DNA of 64,000 bases from Candidatus Latescibacterota bacterium (GTDB lineage Bacteria > Latescibacterota > UBA2968 > UBA8231). The stretch spans positions 864,001 to 928,000 of the forward strand of contig CBDCSU010000004.1 of assembly GCA_965221775.1 (NCBI GenBank). The letters are read 5' to 3'. Of the stretch, positions 1 through 9,092 are shown piece by piece; position 1 is the stretch's first letter, and each line of letters opens with the position of its first letter. The notes under the pieces were generated by a model. It did not search any database. It had not been told where the DNA came from and was given only the letters and a program-made list of their open reading frames with translations. The translations under genes were made by a program, and so were the position numbers.

Positions 1-363
1 CAGGGGCGAGGCGTTGCTGCCGTGGCCGTTGACGATGAGGATGCGCTCGAAGCCGTGGTGGCCGAGGCTGCAGGCCACGTCCTTCACGTAGCGGATGAAG
101 GTGTCCCAGGTGATGGTCAGAGTGCCGTGGAAGTCCATGTGGTGGGGGCTGTAGCCATGGGGCACGGCCGGCGCCAGCACCGCTTCCCCCGGGATGCGCG
201 CCACGGCGCGCTCGCAGATGCCGGTGCACAGCACCACGTCCGTGTCCACCGGCAGGTGCGGTCCGTGGTCCTCGTAGGTGGCCACGGGCAGCACCGCCAC
301 GCGGCCGTCGCGGGCGGCGTCGCGGATCTCGTGCCAGATCATCTCGGCGAATCGGTACTTCAA
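1..363 (-). CDS. Creatininase/MftE-family amidohydrolase (3' end runs off the window)
   Basis: Not in the ORF track. Manual minus-strand translation from TTG at 363 (GGAGG upstream) gives MKYRFAEMIWHEIRDAARDGRVAVLPVATYEDHGPHLPVDTD...GYSPHHMDFHGT...ILIVNGHGSN. These are the creatininase E-x-H-G-x-H-L-P-x-x-T-D and N-G-H-G-x-N motifs. Confidence 0.88.
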   Translation of the reverse strand, partial: MKYRFAEMIWHEIRDAARDGRVAVLPVATYEDHGPHLPVDTDVVLCTGICERAVARIPGEAVLAPAVPHGYSPHHMDFHGTLTITWDTFIRYVKDVACSLGHHGFERILIVNGHGSNASPL

Positions 364-491
364 CGTATCCTCCCTCCTGGGCCGTACCTTTCAGGAAGGG
401 AAAGGCCAGATCGGCTGGAGAGCAACCTGAATTCGCCGCTCCCGCCCGATGAATGGACCTCCCTCACCCTTCCACTTTGGAGGATTCTCCT

Positions 492-1055
492 ATGGCAGCC
501 TTGAGATACCTCGCCCTGGCGGTAGTCGTGGCTGGCGCCGGCTGCGCTACCAGGGCCGCTCCTGCTTCCAGACAGGCCGAAGTGATCGAGGACACCTCCG
601 CCCGCCAATCCTCCCCCACGCCCGGCCTGGGTATCAGCCGATCCAGGATTCAAGCGCATTTCGAGAAACGTGGTTGGACCTTCAAGCCCGCCCCCCGGCG
701 ACGGCCCACCGGAGAGGAACGGCTCCTGGGGGAAGCGTCCTTCGGCAAGGCGACGCTCGAGTTGATCGGTCCTGAGCACAACATCATTCAGGCCGACATG
801 TCGGTCTCCTTCTCGCCTGCCCTTCGCGAAGAGACAATCAGGAGTCACACCGGATTCCTGGGGGATTTCGTGAAGATCATACTCCCGGGTTGGAGGGAAG
901 CCTACGTCTTGTTGGGGAGCCATATGCACTGGGCCAGCACAGGCGGGAGTCCGCAGGGTCGGCAACATGTAGTGGAACCGGACAGGATTTTTGAAGTGGA
1001 GCATCCTGAACCCTGGAAACTGACGATCTCCGCCAGGTTGCTGGAGGGTCCATAG
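492..1055 (+). CDS. Hypothetical lipoprotein
   Basis: GGAGGA RBS before ATG 492. Signal peptide with lipobox-like GAGC (MAALRYLALAVVVAGAGC). GC is lower than in flanking genes. Confidence 0.65.
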   Translation: MAALRYLALAVVVAGAGCATRAAPASRQAEVIEDTSARQSSPTPGLGISRSRIQAHFEKRGWTFKPAPRRRPTGEERLLGEASFGKATLELIGPEHNIIQADMSVSFSPALREETIRSHTGFLGDFVKIILPGWREAYVLLGSHMHWASTGGSPQGRQHVVEPDRIFEVEHPEPWKLTISARLLEGP

Positions 1056-1182
1056 GAGAGCCGGCGCGGCGCTCCCGGGGGGCCCCGGTCTCCAGGCGAT
1101 GTCGCCGAGGCCCGGCGCTGCATGCTGATCCGCTGATCCTCATCTTGGCACGATCCAGACTGACGATGATCCGGGAGGCACG

Positions 1183-1432
1183 ATGAAAGGACATGTGGGC
1201 AGCAACTTCGACGAGTTCCTCGCAGAGGAGGGCCTTCTCAGCGAAGCGGAGGCGACAGCCGTGAAGCGCGTCACCGAACAAGCTGTCCAAGTCGGCGATG
1301 GCCAGGCGCATGCGAACCAGTCGGTCAGCGCTGGACCGCCTGCTCGACTCGTCCAATCCCTCGGTGACGCTGCAGACGATGGACCGCGCTGCGCGGGCCC
1401 TGGGCAAGAAGCTCCGCATTGAACTGACCTGA
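1183..1432 (+). pseudogene. Frameshifted XRE/HTH antitoxin (partner type of RelE/Gp49-like toxins)
   Basis: Frame 1 reads MKGHVGSNFDEFLAEEGLLSEAEATAVKRV. After about 1275 a shifted frame continues KLSKSAMARRMRTSRSALDRLLDSSNPSVTLQTMDRAARALGKKLRIELT* (TGA 1430-1432). The connecting helix appears deleted, and the 250 nt span is not a multiple of 3. Confidence 0.85.
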
Positions 1433-1434
1433 CT

Positions 1435-2271
1435 TCACCCGCCCGCGCCGCGGTGCAGGGTGGCGATCCAGCGCTCGGCGGAGATGAAGCCCCAGCTCCA
1501 GCCGGACCACTGCTCCGCCACGCCGGCGGCCTGCAGCTCCTCCAGCGTCTTGCCCGCGGCCATCCCGTCCTCCACCGCCGCCCGGGTCTGGCGGATCATG
1601 CGCAGGTAGGTGCGCAGATCGTCGGGCGTGGCCAGATCCCCGTGGCCGGGGATGACCCGCGTCTCGGGGCCGACCCGCGCCAGCACCGCCTCGACGGCGG
1701 CGATCACCCCGTCGACGCTGCCGCCGGCGTCGATGTCGACGAAGGGGAACAGCCCGTGGAACATGATGTCGCCCATGTGGACCGCGTCCGAGCCGGTGAA
1801 GAACACGACGGCGTCGCCGTCGGTGTGGGCCGCCGGAAAGTGGACGACCTCGATCTCCTCGCCGTTGAAGTGCAGGGAGACCCCCTCCTCGAAGGTGAGC
1901 ACGGGCAGGGCCTCGGGCGGCGGGGCCTCCCCGGCCATCAGGCGGGCGCGGACATTGTGGTGCGCCAGGATCGCAGTGACGGCGCCGAAGACGGCATTGC
2001 CGCCGGTATGGTCGGGGTGGTAGTGGGTGTTGAGGAGGAAGGCGGGATCGCCCTCCCCGAGGCCGGCGAGGGCGGCGCGCATCGGCTCGGCGAGGTTGGC
2101 GAACTTGGCGTCGATCAGCAGCAGGCCGTCGTCGCCGGCGCAGACGCCGATGTTGCCGCCGTGGCCGTTGATCATGTGGATGCCGCCGGTCACCGGGGTG
2201 ACCGTCAGCTCCTGGGCGGACAGGGCGCCGGCGGCCAGCAGCGGCCACAGGGGCAGCAGAAGGGTCTTCAT
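1435..2271 (-). CDS. Secreted MBL-fold metallo-hydrolase (cyclase/glyoxalase II-like)
   Basis: THYHPDHTGGN (HxHxDH), AHTDGD, HMGD and IPGHG motifs. Signal peptide MKTLLLPLWPLLAAGALSA. GAGGAG RBS. Confidence 0.9.
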   Translation of the reverse strand: MKTLLLPLWPLLAAGALSAQELTVTPVTGGIHMINGHGGNIGVCAGDDGLLLIDAKFANLAEPMRAALAGLGEGDPAFLLNTHYHPDHTGGNAVFGAVTAILAHHNVRARLMAGEAPPPEALPVLTFEEGVSLHFNGEEIEVVHFPAAHTDGDAVVFFTGSDAVHMGDIMFHGLFPFVDIDAGGSVDGVIAAVEAVLARVGPETRVIPGHGDLATPDDLRTYLRMIRQTRAAVEDGMAAGKTLEELQAAGVAEQWSGWSWGFISAERWIATLHRGAGG

Positions 2272-2292
2272 CAGGGGCTCTCCTCGGCACAC

Positions 2293-2298
2293 ATTATA
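2293..2298 (-). promoter_or_regulatory. Consensus -10 box (TATAAT) for the MBL hydrolase gene
   Basis: TATAAT on the minus strand about 20 nt upstream of the start. No convincing -35. Confidence 0.5.
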
Positions 2299-2395
2299 CT
2301 CGCCACACGGACTTTCCCGCACACGGACGAGGAAACGGGCGCCACGCAATGACGGACGAGTTCGGCACGGACCGGGACGGATCGGGCCGGCGGCG

Positions 2396-3148
2396 ATGAT
2401 GCCACCCGGGCCGATCGACGACCGCCGCGGAAGACGGCGAGGCCGCCGGACGCTGGCCCTGTGCGCCCTGCTGGCCGGGGCCGCCCTCGCCGAGCCGGCG
2501 CCGGACCCGCGGACGGTCCTGTTCTTCGGCGACTCCCTGACCGCCGGCTACGGCGTCGAACCGGAGCAGGCCTTCCCGGCCCTGATCCAGGCGCGGCTGG
2601 ACTCCCTCGCCTGGCCGGTGCGTACCGCCAACGCCGGCCTCGCCGGCGAGACCACCGCCGCCGGACTGCGCCGCATCGACTGGGTCCTGCGTCCCCCGGT
2701 GGATGTCTTCGTCCTGGCCCTCGGCGGCAACGACGGTCTGCGCGGTCTGCCCCGGGACCAGACCGAAGGCAACCTGCAGGGCATCCTCGACCGGGTGCAG
2801 GCGAGGTTCCCGGAGGCCGTCCTGGTCGTGGCCGGGGTGCGCCTGCCGCCGAACCTGGGGGAGCCGTACATCCAGGACTTCCAGGCCGTCTTTCCGCGGC
2901 TGGCGCAGGCCAACGGGGCGGTGCTGATCCCGAGGCTCCTGGAAGGGGTCGGCGGCGACCGCGAGCTGATGCTCGACGACGGCATCCACCCGAACGCGGC
3001 CGGCCACCGCCGGGTGGCGGAGACGGTGTGGGCGGCGCTGGAGCCGCTGCTGGCGCCGCGCGCCTCAACCGGCGCGCCGGAGGACCTCGAGGGGCGGGAC
3101 GCTACGGACCCCCCGGCTGCCGGCGACGCCGAAGGCGACGGTCAGTAG
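2396..3148 (+). CDS. tesA: Arylesterase / acyl-CoA thioesterase I (SGNH/GDSL hydrolase)
   Basis: FFGDSLTAGYG, NAGLAGETT, LGGNDGLRG and DGIHPN blocks. The start codon is approximate. Confidence 0.88.
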   Translation: MMPPGPIDDRRGRRRGRRTLALCALLAGAALAEPAPDPRTVLFFGDSLTAGYGVEPEQAFPALIQARLDSLAWPVRTANAGLAGETTAAGLRRIDWVLRPPVDVFVLALGGNDGLRGLPRDQTEGNLQGILDRVQARFPEAVLVVAGVRLPPNLGEPYIQDFQAVFPRLAQANGAVLIPRLLEGVGGDRELMLDDGIHPNAAGHRRVAETVWAALEPLLAPRASTGAPEDLEGRDATDPPAAGDAEGDGQ

Positions 3149-5611
3149 GGGCACGGCCGCCGCCATCCCCGCCAGCCAGCCCCAGGCCGGCTGGAAGGCG
3201 ACGTCGAAGACCCAGGTCGCCAGGCCCCAGCCGCCGCCGAGGGCCAGGGCCAGTCCGGTGGCGGCGGCCAGGGCGCCGAGGGCGGCGTACTCCACCAGCA
3301 GGATGCGCCCCACCTGACGGCGGCTGGCGCCGAGGGTGCGCAGCAGGGCGCTCTCGCGCAGGCGCTGGAAGCGGCTCGCCGACACCGACGCGGCGAGCAC
3401 CACGAGACCGGTGGCGACGCTGAACAGCGCCATGAAGCGGACCACGGCGGCGACCCGGTCGAGGACCTTTTCGACGGTGCGCAGGATCAGGTCGAGATCG
3501 ATGGCCGAGACGTTGGGAAAGGCCCCGACCACCTCCCGCTGCAGGCGCGCCCGGGTCTCGATGTCGGCGCGGCTGACGAGCACGTGGAACTGGGGCGCCC
3601 GCTCGAGCACGCCCGTGGAGAACACGACCAGGAAGTTGGGCATGATCCGCTGCCAGTCGACCTCGCGCAGTCCGGAGACGATCACCGGCACGCGCACGCC
3701 CTGCACGTCGAAGACCAGCTCGTCGCCCACGGTCACGCCGAGGCGGGCGGCGACCCCCTGCTCGAGAGAGACGGTGCCCGCACCCCCCTCTGCGTCGGCC
3801 GCGGCCGCCGGGCCGGACGGCGCCGCCCCGTGGCGGCCGGACAGCAGCCGCTCGCTGTCGGTGAGGTGGTCGCGGTAGGTGGACCGGTACTCGCGGTGCA
3901 GGGCCCAGTTGCCGCGGCGCCCGCCCCTCTCATCGGCGATCTCGTCGACGCTGCGCCCCTTGACCTCGGCCAGGCGCATGGCCACCACCGGCACCTGCTG
4001 CAGCACCGGCATGCCCAGCCCCTCGACGAGTTCGGCCACCGCCTCGCGCTGATCGGTCTGGATGTCGAAGAGCACCATGTTCGGCTGATCGCCGCCGCCG
4101 AGGCGGGCCAGGTGGGAGAGGATCGAGCTCTGGGCGGTGTGCAGGGCGGCGACCAGGAAGACGCCCAGACCGAGGCTGACGAGCAGCAGCAGGGTCTGGT
4201 TGTGGGGCCGATGGAGGTTGGCCAGACCCTGGCGCCAGACGTAGCTCCAGCGCCGCGGGAAGAACCGGCGCGTGCCGGCGCGCAGGGCGAGGGCGGCCGC
4301 CGCCAGCAGCAGCAGGGCGGCGGCGGTGCCGCCGGTGAACATCAGGGCGTGGTCCACCCGCCCGGCCAGCAGCCGCGCCACCACGCAGGCGCCGGCGGCG
4401 GCCGCGGCCAGCACCAGCAGCCGCAGCAGGCGGTCGCCGGCGCGGGTGCCGGTCTCGTACGAGGCGCGCAGGGCGAGGAGGGGGCTGGCGCCGCGCACGG
4501 CCAGCAGCGGCCGGGCGGCGAACAGCACGGCGATGGCGGTGCCGATCCCCACGCCCTCGAGCAGGGGCCGCGGCGACAGGGCGGTCTCCACGGCGCCGGG
4601 CAGGAAGCCGGCCACCACCTGCGGCAGCAGGAGCATGACCCCCATCCCCGCCAGCGCCCCGGCCAGGGAGCCGGCCAGGCCCATGGCCCCGGCCTGCAGC
4701 AGGTAGACGGCCAGGGCCTGCCGGCTGCTGGCGCCCAAGGCCCGCAGCACGGCGACGGTCTCGAGCTTCTGCTCCACGTGGGCGTGGATGGCGCTGGCCA
4801 CGCCCACCGCCCCCAGGAGCAGGGCGATGAACCCGCCCAGGCCGAGGAAGGCGTCGAGGTTGCGGATGGTGCGGCCGAGGCGGCGCTGCCGGTCGGCGGC
4901 GGTGTCGGCGTCGAGGCCCGGGTCGGAGAGGCGAAGGCGCTCCTCCACGCCGCCGGCCAGGCCCCCCGCCGGGCGGCCGTCGTCGAAGGCGAAGTAGCGC
5001 TTGTGCTCGACGCGGCTGCCGTACCGGACCAGCCCGGTCTCGTCCAAATGCTCGAGGGGGATGAACACCGGCGGGCGCACGTCGCTGCGCACCGCCGTCT
5101 CCCCGGGGACGGAGAGGACGCGTCCGGCGATCCGGAACCGGCGCCGGCCGACCTGCACCGAGTCCCCCACCTCGGCGTCGAACTGCCGCATCACGCCGTC
5201 GTCGACCAGGGCCCCGCCGCCGGCGCCCAGGACGGCCCAGGCGCCGGGTGGGTCGGTGCGCACCCGGCCGTAGAACGGCCACTTCCCCTCCAGGGCGCGG
5301 ACCTCCACCAGGCGCGATCCGCCGGAGGCCGGCAGCAGCACCATCGAGTGGGTCTCCACCTGCCGCGCCTGGCGCCCGCCGAGGGAGTCGAAGACGGCCT
5401 CGGCCTCGCCGGAGAACGGCTGGCCGCTCTCGATCTCCAGGTCGGCGCCCAGCAGCTCCGCCGCCTGGCGGGCGACGCCCGCCTCCATGGCCAGGCTCAG
5501 GCCGCGCAGGGCGGTGAGGGCGGCAATGCCGATGGCGATGGCGGCGGTGTGGAACAACAGCCGGCGGCGGAATCCGCGGCTGTCGCGCCAGGCCATGCGC
5601 AGGGCCCACAC
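3065..5611 (-). CDS. ybbP: YbbP-like ABC transporter permease (two FtsX/MacB repeats)
   Basis: MAWRDSR...LLGADL N-terminus, two LRALGAS/LRTLGAS motifs, FDIQTDQ, REYRST and REVDWQR...NF. 848 aa. Confidence 0.88.
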   Translation of the reverse strand: MWALRMAWRDSRGFRRRLLFHTAAIAIGIAALTALRGLSLAMEAGVARQAAELLGADLEIESGQPFSGEAEAVFDSLGGRQARQVETHSMVLLPASGGSRLVEVRALEGKWPFYGRVRTDPPGAWAVLGAGGGALVDDGVMRQFDAEVGDSVQVGRRRFRIAGRVLSVPGETAVRSDVRPPVFIPLEHLDETGLVRYGSRVEHKRYFAFDDGRPAGGLAGGVEERLRLSDPGLDADTAADRQRRLGRTIRNLDAFLGLGGFIALLLGAVGVASAIHAHVEQKLETVAVLRALGASSRQALAVYLLQAGAMGLAGSLAGALAGMGVMLLLPQVVAGFLPGAVETALSPRPLLEGVGIGTAIAVLFAARPLLAVRGASPLLALRASYETGTRAGDRLLRLLVLAAAAAGACVVARLLAGRVDHALMFTGGTAAALLLLAAAALALRAGTRRFFPRRWSYVWRQGLANLHRPHNQTLLLLVSLGLGVFLVAALHTAQSSILSHLARLGGGDQPNMVLFDIQTDQREAVAELVEGLGMPVLQQVPVVAMRLAEVKGRSVDEIADERGGRRGNWALHREYRSTYRDHLTDSERLLSGRHGAAPSGPAAAADAEGGAGTVSLEQGVAARLGVTVGDELVFDVQGVRVPVIVSGLREVDWQRIMPNFLVVFSTGVLERAPQFHVLVSRADIETRARLQREVVGAFPNVSAIDLDLILRTVEKVLDRVAAVVRFMALFSVATGLVVLAASVSASRFQRLRESALLRTLGASRRQVGRILLVEYAALGALAAATGLALALGGGWGLATWVFDVAFQPAWGWLAGMAAAVPLLTVAFGVAGSRGVRSVPPLEVLRRAG

Positions 5612-5615
5612 GGGG

Positions 5616-6302
5616 TCAGCCGGCGGCCGTGTCGGCGGCCACGGCGCCGGCCCGCAGGCGGATGACGCGGCGGCAGCGCCCGGCCAGGTCGGTGTCGTGG
5701 GTGACCAGCACCAGGGTGGTGCCCGCCTCCTGGTTGAGCTCGAAGAGCAGGTCGGCCACGGCGGCGCCGGTGTCGGTGTCGAGGTTGCCCGTGGGCTCGT
5801 CGGCGAAGAGGATGCGCGGCCGATGGATGAAGGCCCGCGCCAGCCCGACGCGCTGCTGCTCGCCGCCCGAGAGCTGAACGGGGTAGTGGCCGAGGCGGTC
5901 GCCGAGGCCGACGCGGTCGAGCAACTCGGCGGCGCGCTCCCGGGCGCCGGGCTCGCCGCGCAGCTCCAGGGGCACGGCCACGTTCTCCACCGCGCTCAGG
6001 GTCGGAACCAGCTGGAAGGTCTGGAAGACGAAGCCGACGCGATCCCGCCGCAGGCGCGCGCGGGCGTCCTCATCGAGGCGGTCGAGGGGCTCGCCGTCGA
6101 GAACGACGCGGCCCTCCGTGGGCCGGTCGAGGCCGGCGCACAGACCGAGGAGGGTGGTCTTGCCGCTGCCCGAGGGCCCGACGACGGCGCAGGTGGTGCC
6201 CGCCGCGACCGAGAACGTGACGTCGCGCAGCACCGTCAGCTCGCGGCGGCCGCTGCGGTAAGTGCGGGTGAGACCGCTCACCTCGAGGACGGCGGCGCTC
6301 AT
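5616..6302 (-). CDS. ybbA: ABC transporter ATP-binding protein (YbbA/LolD-like)
   Basis: Real start is MSAAVLEV at 6302. Walker A GPSGSGKT, signature LSGGEQQR, FADEPTGNLD and VTHD. Confidence 0.9.
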   Translation of the reverse strand: MSAAVLEVSGLTRTYRSGRRELTVLRDVTFSVAAGTTCAVVGPSGSGKTTLLGLCAGLDRPTEGRVVLDGEPLDRLDEDARARLRRDRVGFVFQTFQLVPTLSAVENVAVPLELRGEPGARERAAELLDRVGLGDRLGHYPVQLSGGEQQRVGLARAFIHRPRILFADEPTGNLDTDTGAAVADLLFELNQEAGTTLVLVTHDTDLAGRCRRVIRLRAGAVAADTAAG

Positions 6303-7237
6303 CGCAGGCCCCGCCGGCGCAGCAGCTGGATCAGGCGTTCGGGCCGGTCGGTCATGATGCCGTCGACGCCTGTCTCGATCAGGCGTTCCATCTCCTCGTC
6401 GCGGTTGACGGTCCACACCTGCACGGGCAGGCCGCGGCGGCGGGCGCGCTCGACGAACCGTGGGGTCACCAGGTCGACGGGGCCGGCCGACTCGGGCACG
6501 TGGTAGGCGTCGAAGCCCGGCTCCACGAGGCCGTCGAGGCGCAGGGTGCGCAGGCCCCAGTCGACGGCGACCTCGCGGGCCGACGCCGAGGTGGCGACCT
6601 CCGGACAGGCCTCCCGAAAGGCGCTCAGGCTCCGGTGGCGGAAGGAGGCGACGATGGCCAGGGACTGCATCCCGTGGGACCGCAGCTCGCCGCACAGGCG
6701 TTGCGCCGCGTCCCCGTGGCCGCTCTTCAGCTCGATGAGCAGACGCCGCCCGGGGAAGGCGGCGAGGAACTCCCCGAGGGAGGGGATCCGCAGTCCCTTC
6801 TCCCGGTACGGGTGGGTGCGGCCGCCGTCCGGACTCCAGCGGTAGCCGGCGTCCAGGGCCTGCAGCCGGGCCAGAGTCAGCTGGTCGACGCGGCCCGTGT
6901 CCTCGGTGACGCGGTGCACGCGGCGGTCGTGGAACACCACGAGAGCGCCGTCGGCGCTGCGGCGCAGGTCCAGTTCGAGGATATCGGCGCCCAGGGAGTC
7001 GGCGTGGCGGAACAGGGGCAGGGTGCTCTCCGGGGCCGCGTCGGCGCCGCCCCGGTGGGCGATGACCTGCAGGCGGCCTTCGAGGCCGGCGAAGTAGGGA
7101 TGGACCGGCCGCGGCGCCGGCGGCACGAGGGCCAGCAGCGCCCACAGGCCGAGGACCGCGGCCACACCGATGGCCGCCTTGCGGCGACGGCTCACCTCCG
7201 GGGACCCCGGGAGGTTGGAGCCCTCACGATCGATCAC
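6299..7237 (-). CDS. Glycerophosphodiester phosphodiesterase (GDPD), N-terminally anchored
   Basis: IAHRGG...PEST, LELDLRRSADG..VVFHD, IELK, VWTVN and GVDGIMTDRP motifs. Confidence 0.92.
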   Translation of the reverse strand: MIDREGSNLPGSPEVSRRRKAAIGVAAVLGLWALLALVPPAPRPVHPYFAGLEGRLQVIAHRGGADAAPESTLPLFRHADSLGADILELDLRRSADGALVVFHDRRVHRVTEDTGRVDQLTLARLQALDAGYRWSPDGGRTHPYREKGLRIPSLGEFLAAFPGRRLLIELKSGHGDAAQRLCGELRSHGMQSLAIVASFRHRSLSAFREACPEVATSASAREVAVDWGLRTLRLDGLVEPGFDAYHVPESAGPVDLVTPRFVERARRRGLPVQVWTVNRDEEMERLIETGVDGIMTDRPERLIQLLRRRGLR

Positions 7238-9092
7238 CTCCAGCGGCTCGGAGCGGTGCGGGCCCCTCCTGCGTCGACTCCTGCGCTCCGTACTGCAGCT
7301 GGTGCAGCCGGTGGTAGAGCCCGCCGCGGGCGAGCAGCTCGTCGTGGCGGCCGTGCTCGCGCACCTGTCCCCGGTGCAGCACCAGGATGGCGTCGGCGTT
7401 GCGCACCGTCGACAGCCGGTGGGCGATGACCAGGCTCGTGCGTCCGCGCATCATCCGCCCCACCGCCTCCTGGATCCACATCTCGGTCTCGGTGTCGATG
7501 TTGGCCGTGGCCTCGTCGAGGACCAGGACCTCGGGCCCGGCGGCCAGCACGCGGGCGAAGGAGAGGAGCTGGCGCTGCCCCGCCGACAGCGAGACGCCGC
7601 GCTCGCCAACGGCCTGGTCGTAGCCGTCGGGCAGGCGGTCGATGAAGCGGTCGGCGTTGGTGTCGCGGGCGGCCTGCACGACCCGCTCCCTCGGCACGGC
7701 CTCCCCTTCACTGCCGGCGCCGAGGGCGATGTTGTCGGCCAGGGTGCCCGCGAAGAGGAAGACGTCCTGGTGCACGAGGCCGATGCGGCGGCGCAGGTCG
7801 CGCACGTCCCAGTCCCTCACGTCGACGCCGTCGACGCGGACCTCGCCCCGCTGCACATCGTAGAACCGGCAGAGGAGGTTGACGAGGGTGCTCTTGCCGG
7901 CGCCGGTGGCCCCGACCACGGCCAGGCTCTGGCCGGGCTCGATGGCGAAGGTGACGCCGCGCAGGACCCACTCCTCCTCCCCCGGCGCGCCGTCGTAGGC
8001 GAACCAGACGTCGCGGAACTCGATGCGGCCGAGCATCGGGCTCGGACCCCGGTGGGCGCCGGTGGGCTCCTCTTCCGTGTCGAGCAGTTCGAAGAGGCGC
8101 TCCGACGAGGCCATCGCCGTCTGCAGGACCTGGAAGCCCTCGGCGATCGACCGCAGGGGCATGAAGAACCGGGGCACGTACTGGAGCATCGCCACCAGCA
8201 CGCCCCACTCCATCTCGCGGGACAGGACCTGTCCGGTGCCGTACCACAGGACGACGGCCAGCATCAGGCCCCCCGACAGCTCCATGACCGGGAAGTAGGC
8301 CGAGTGGTACACGGTGGCGGTGAGGCGGCTGCGGAGGTACTCGTCGTTGCTCTCCTCGAAGCGGCGAGAGCGCCGGTCCTGGGCGCCGAAGAGCTGCACC
8401 ACCTCCATGCCGGTGATCCCCTCCTGAAGGGACGCGGCGAAGTCGCCGAAGCGCGCCCGGGCCTCCTGGTAGCAGCGGTAGGTGCGGCGCTGCAGCAGGG
8501 CCGTGGCCAGGAAGGCGAGAGGCAGGCAGAGGCTGGTGATCAGGCCCAGGCCGGGGTCCATGTAGAAGATGAAGCCGAGGATGGCGGCCAGCGTGAAGAG
8601 GTCGCTCACCAGCGTCACCAGGCCGTCGGTGAACAACTCGTTGAGGGCGTCCACGTCGCTGGTGTTGCGCGCCATGAGCCGCCCCACGGGCGTGCGGTCG
8701 TAGAACCGCAGGGGCAGCCACTGCAGGCTGTGGAAGATCGCCCGGCGCAGGTCGCGCATCGCCCACTGGCCGATCATGTTCGTCGTCCAGCCCTGAACGT
8801 AGCCGAGGACGAACTGGAGCCCCAGCAGGGCCGCGTAGATCAGGACGATGGAGCCGAACCCCTCGGCATCGCCGGGCAGCAGGTAGTCGTCGACGCCGAT
8901 CTTGGTCAGGTAGGGTCCCGCCTGGCGGGCGCCGGCGGCGGCGAGGATGGCGGCCAGGCCCGCGAGCACCCAGAAGACGTAGGGCCGCAGCCAGCCCAGG
9001 AGTCGGAGGATCAGGCGGGTCTCCAGGCCGCGGGCCGTCTCCTCGTCCCCGAAGGGCGCCGCCGTCGGCAGGGCGGGGCCGCCGCGCATCAT
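7224..9092 (-). CDS. ABC exporter half-transporter (MdlB/YheH-like)
   Basis: TM domain with GRLMARNTSDVDAL. NBD with GATGAGKS, LSAGQRQ, LDEATANID and IAHRLST. Start MMRGG at 9092. Confidence 0.92.
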   Translation of the reverse strand: MMRGGPALPTAAPFGDEETARGLETRLILRLLGWLRPYVFWVLAGLAAILAAAGARQAGPYLTKIGVDDYLLPGDAEGFGSIVLIYAALLGLQFVLGYVQGWTTNMIGQWAMRDLRRAIFHSLQWLPLRFYDRTPVGRLMARNTSDVDALNELFTDGLVTLVSDLFTLAAILGFIFYMDPGLGLITSLCLPLAFLATALLQRRTYRCYQEARARFGDFAASLQEGITGMEVVQLFGAQDRRSRRFEESNDEYLRSRLTATVYHSAYFPVMELSGGLMLAVVLWYGTGQVLSREMEWGVLVAMLQYVPRFFMPLRSIAEGFQVLQTAMASSERLFELLDTEEEPTGAHRGPSPMLGRIEFRDVWFAYDGAPGEEEWVLRGVTFAIEPGQSLAVVGATGAGKSTLVNLLCRFYDVQRGEVRVDGVDVRDWDVRDLRRRIGLVHQDVFLFAGTLADNIALGAGSEGEAVPRERVVQAARDTNADRFIDRLPDGYDQAVGERGVSLSAGQRQLLSFARVLAAGPEVLVLDEATANIDTETEMWIQEAVGRMMRGRTSLVIAHRLSTVRNADAILVLHRGQVREHGRHDELLARGGLYHRLHQLQYGAQESTQEGPAPLRAAGGDRS

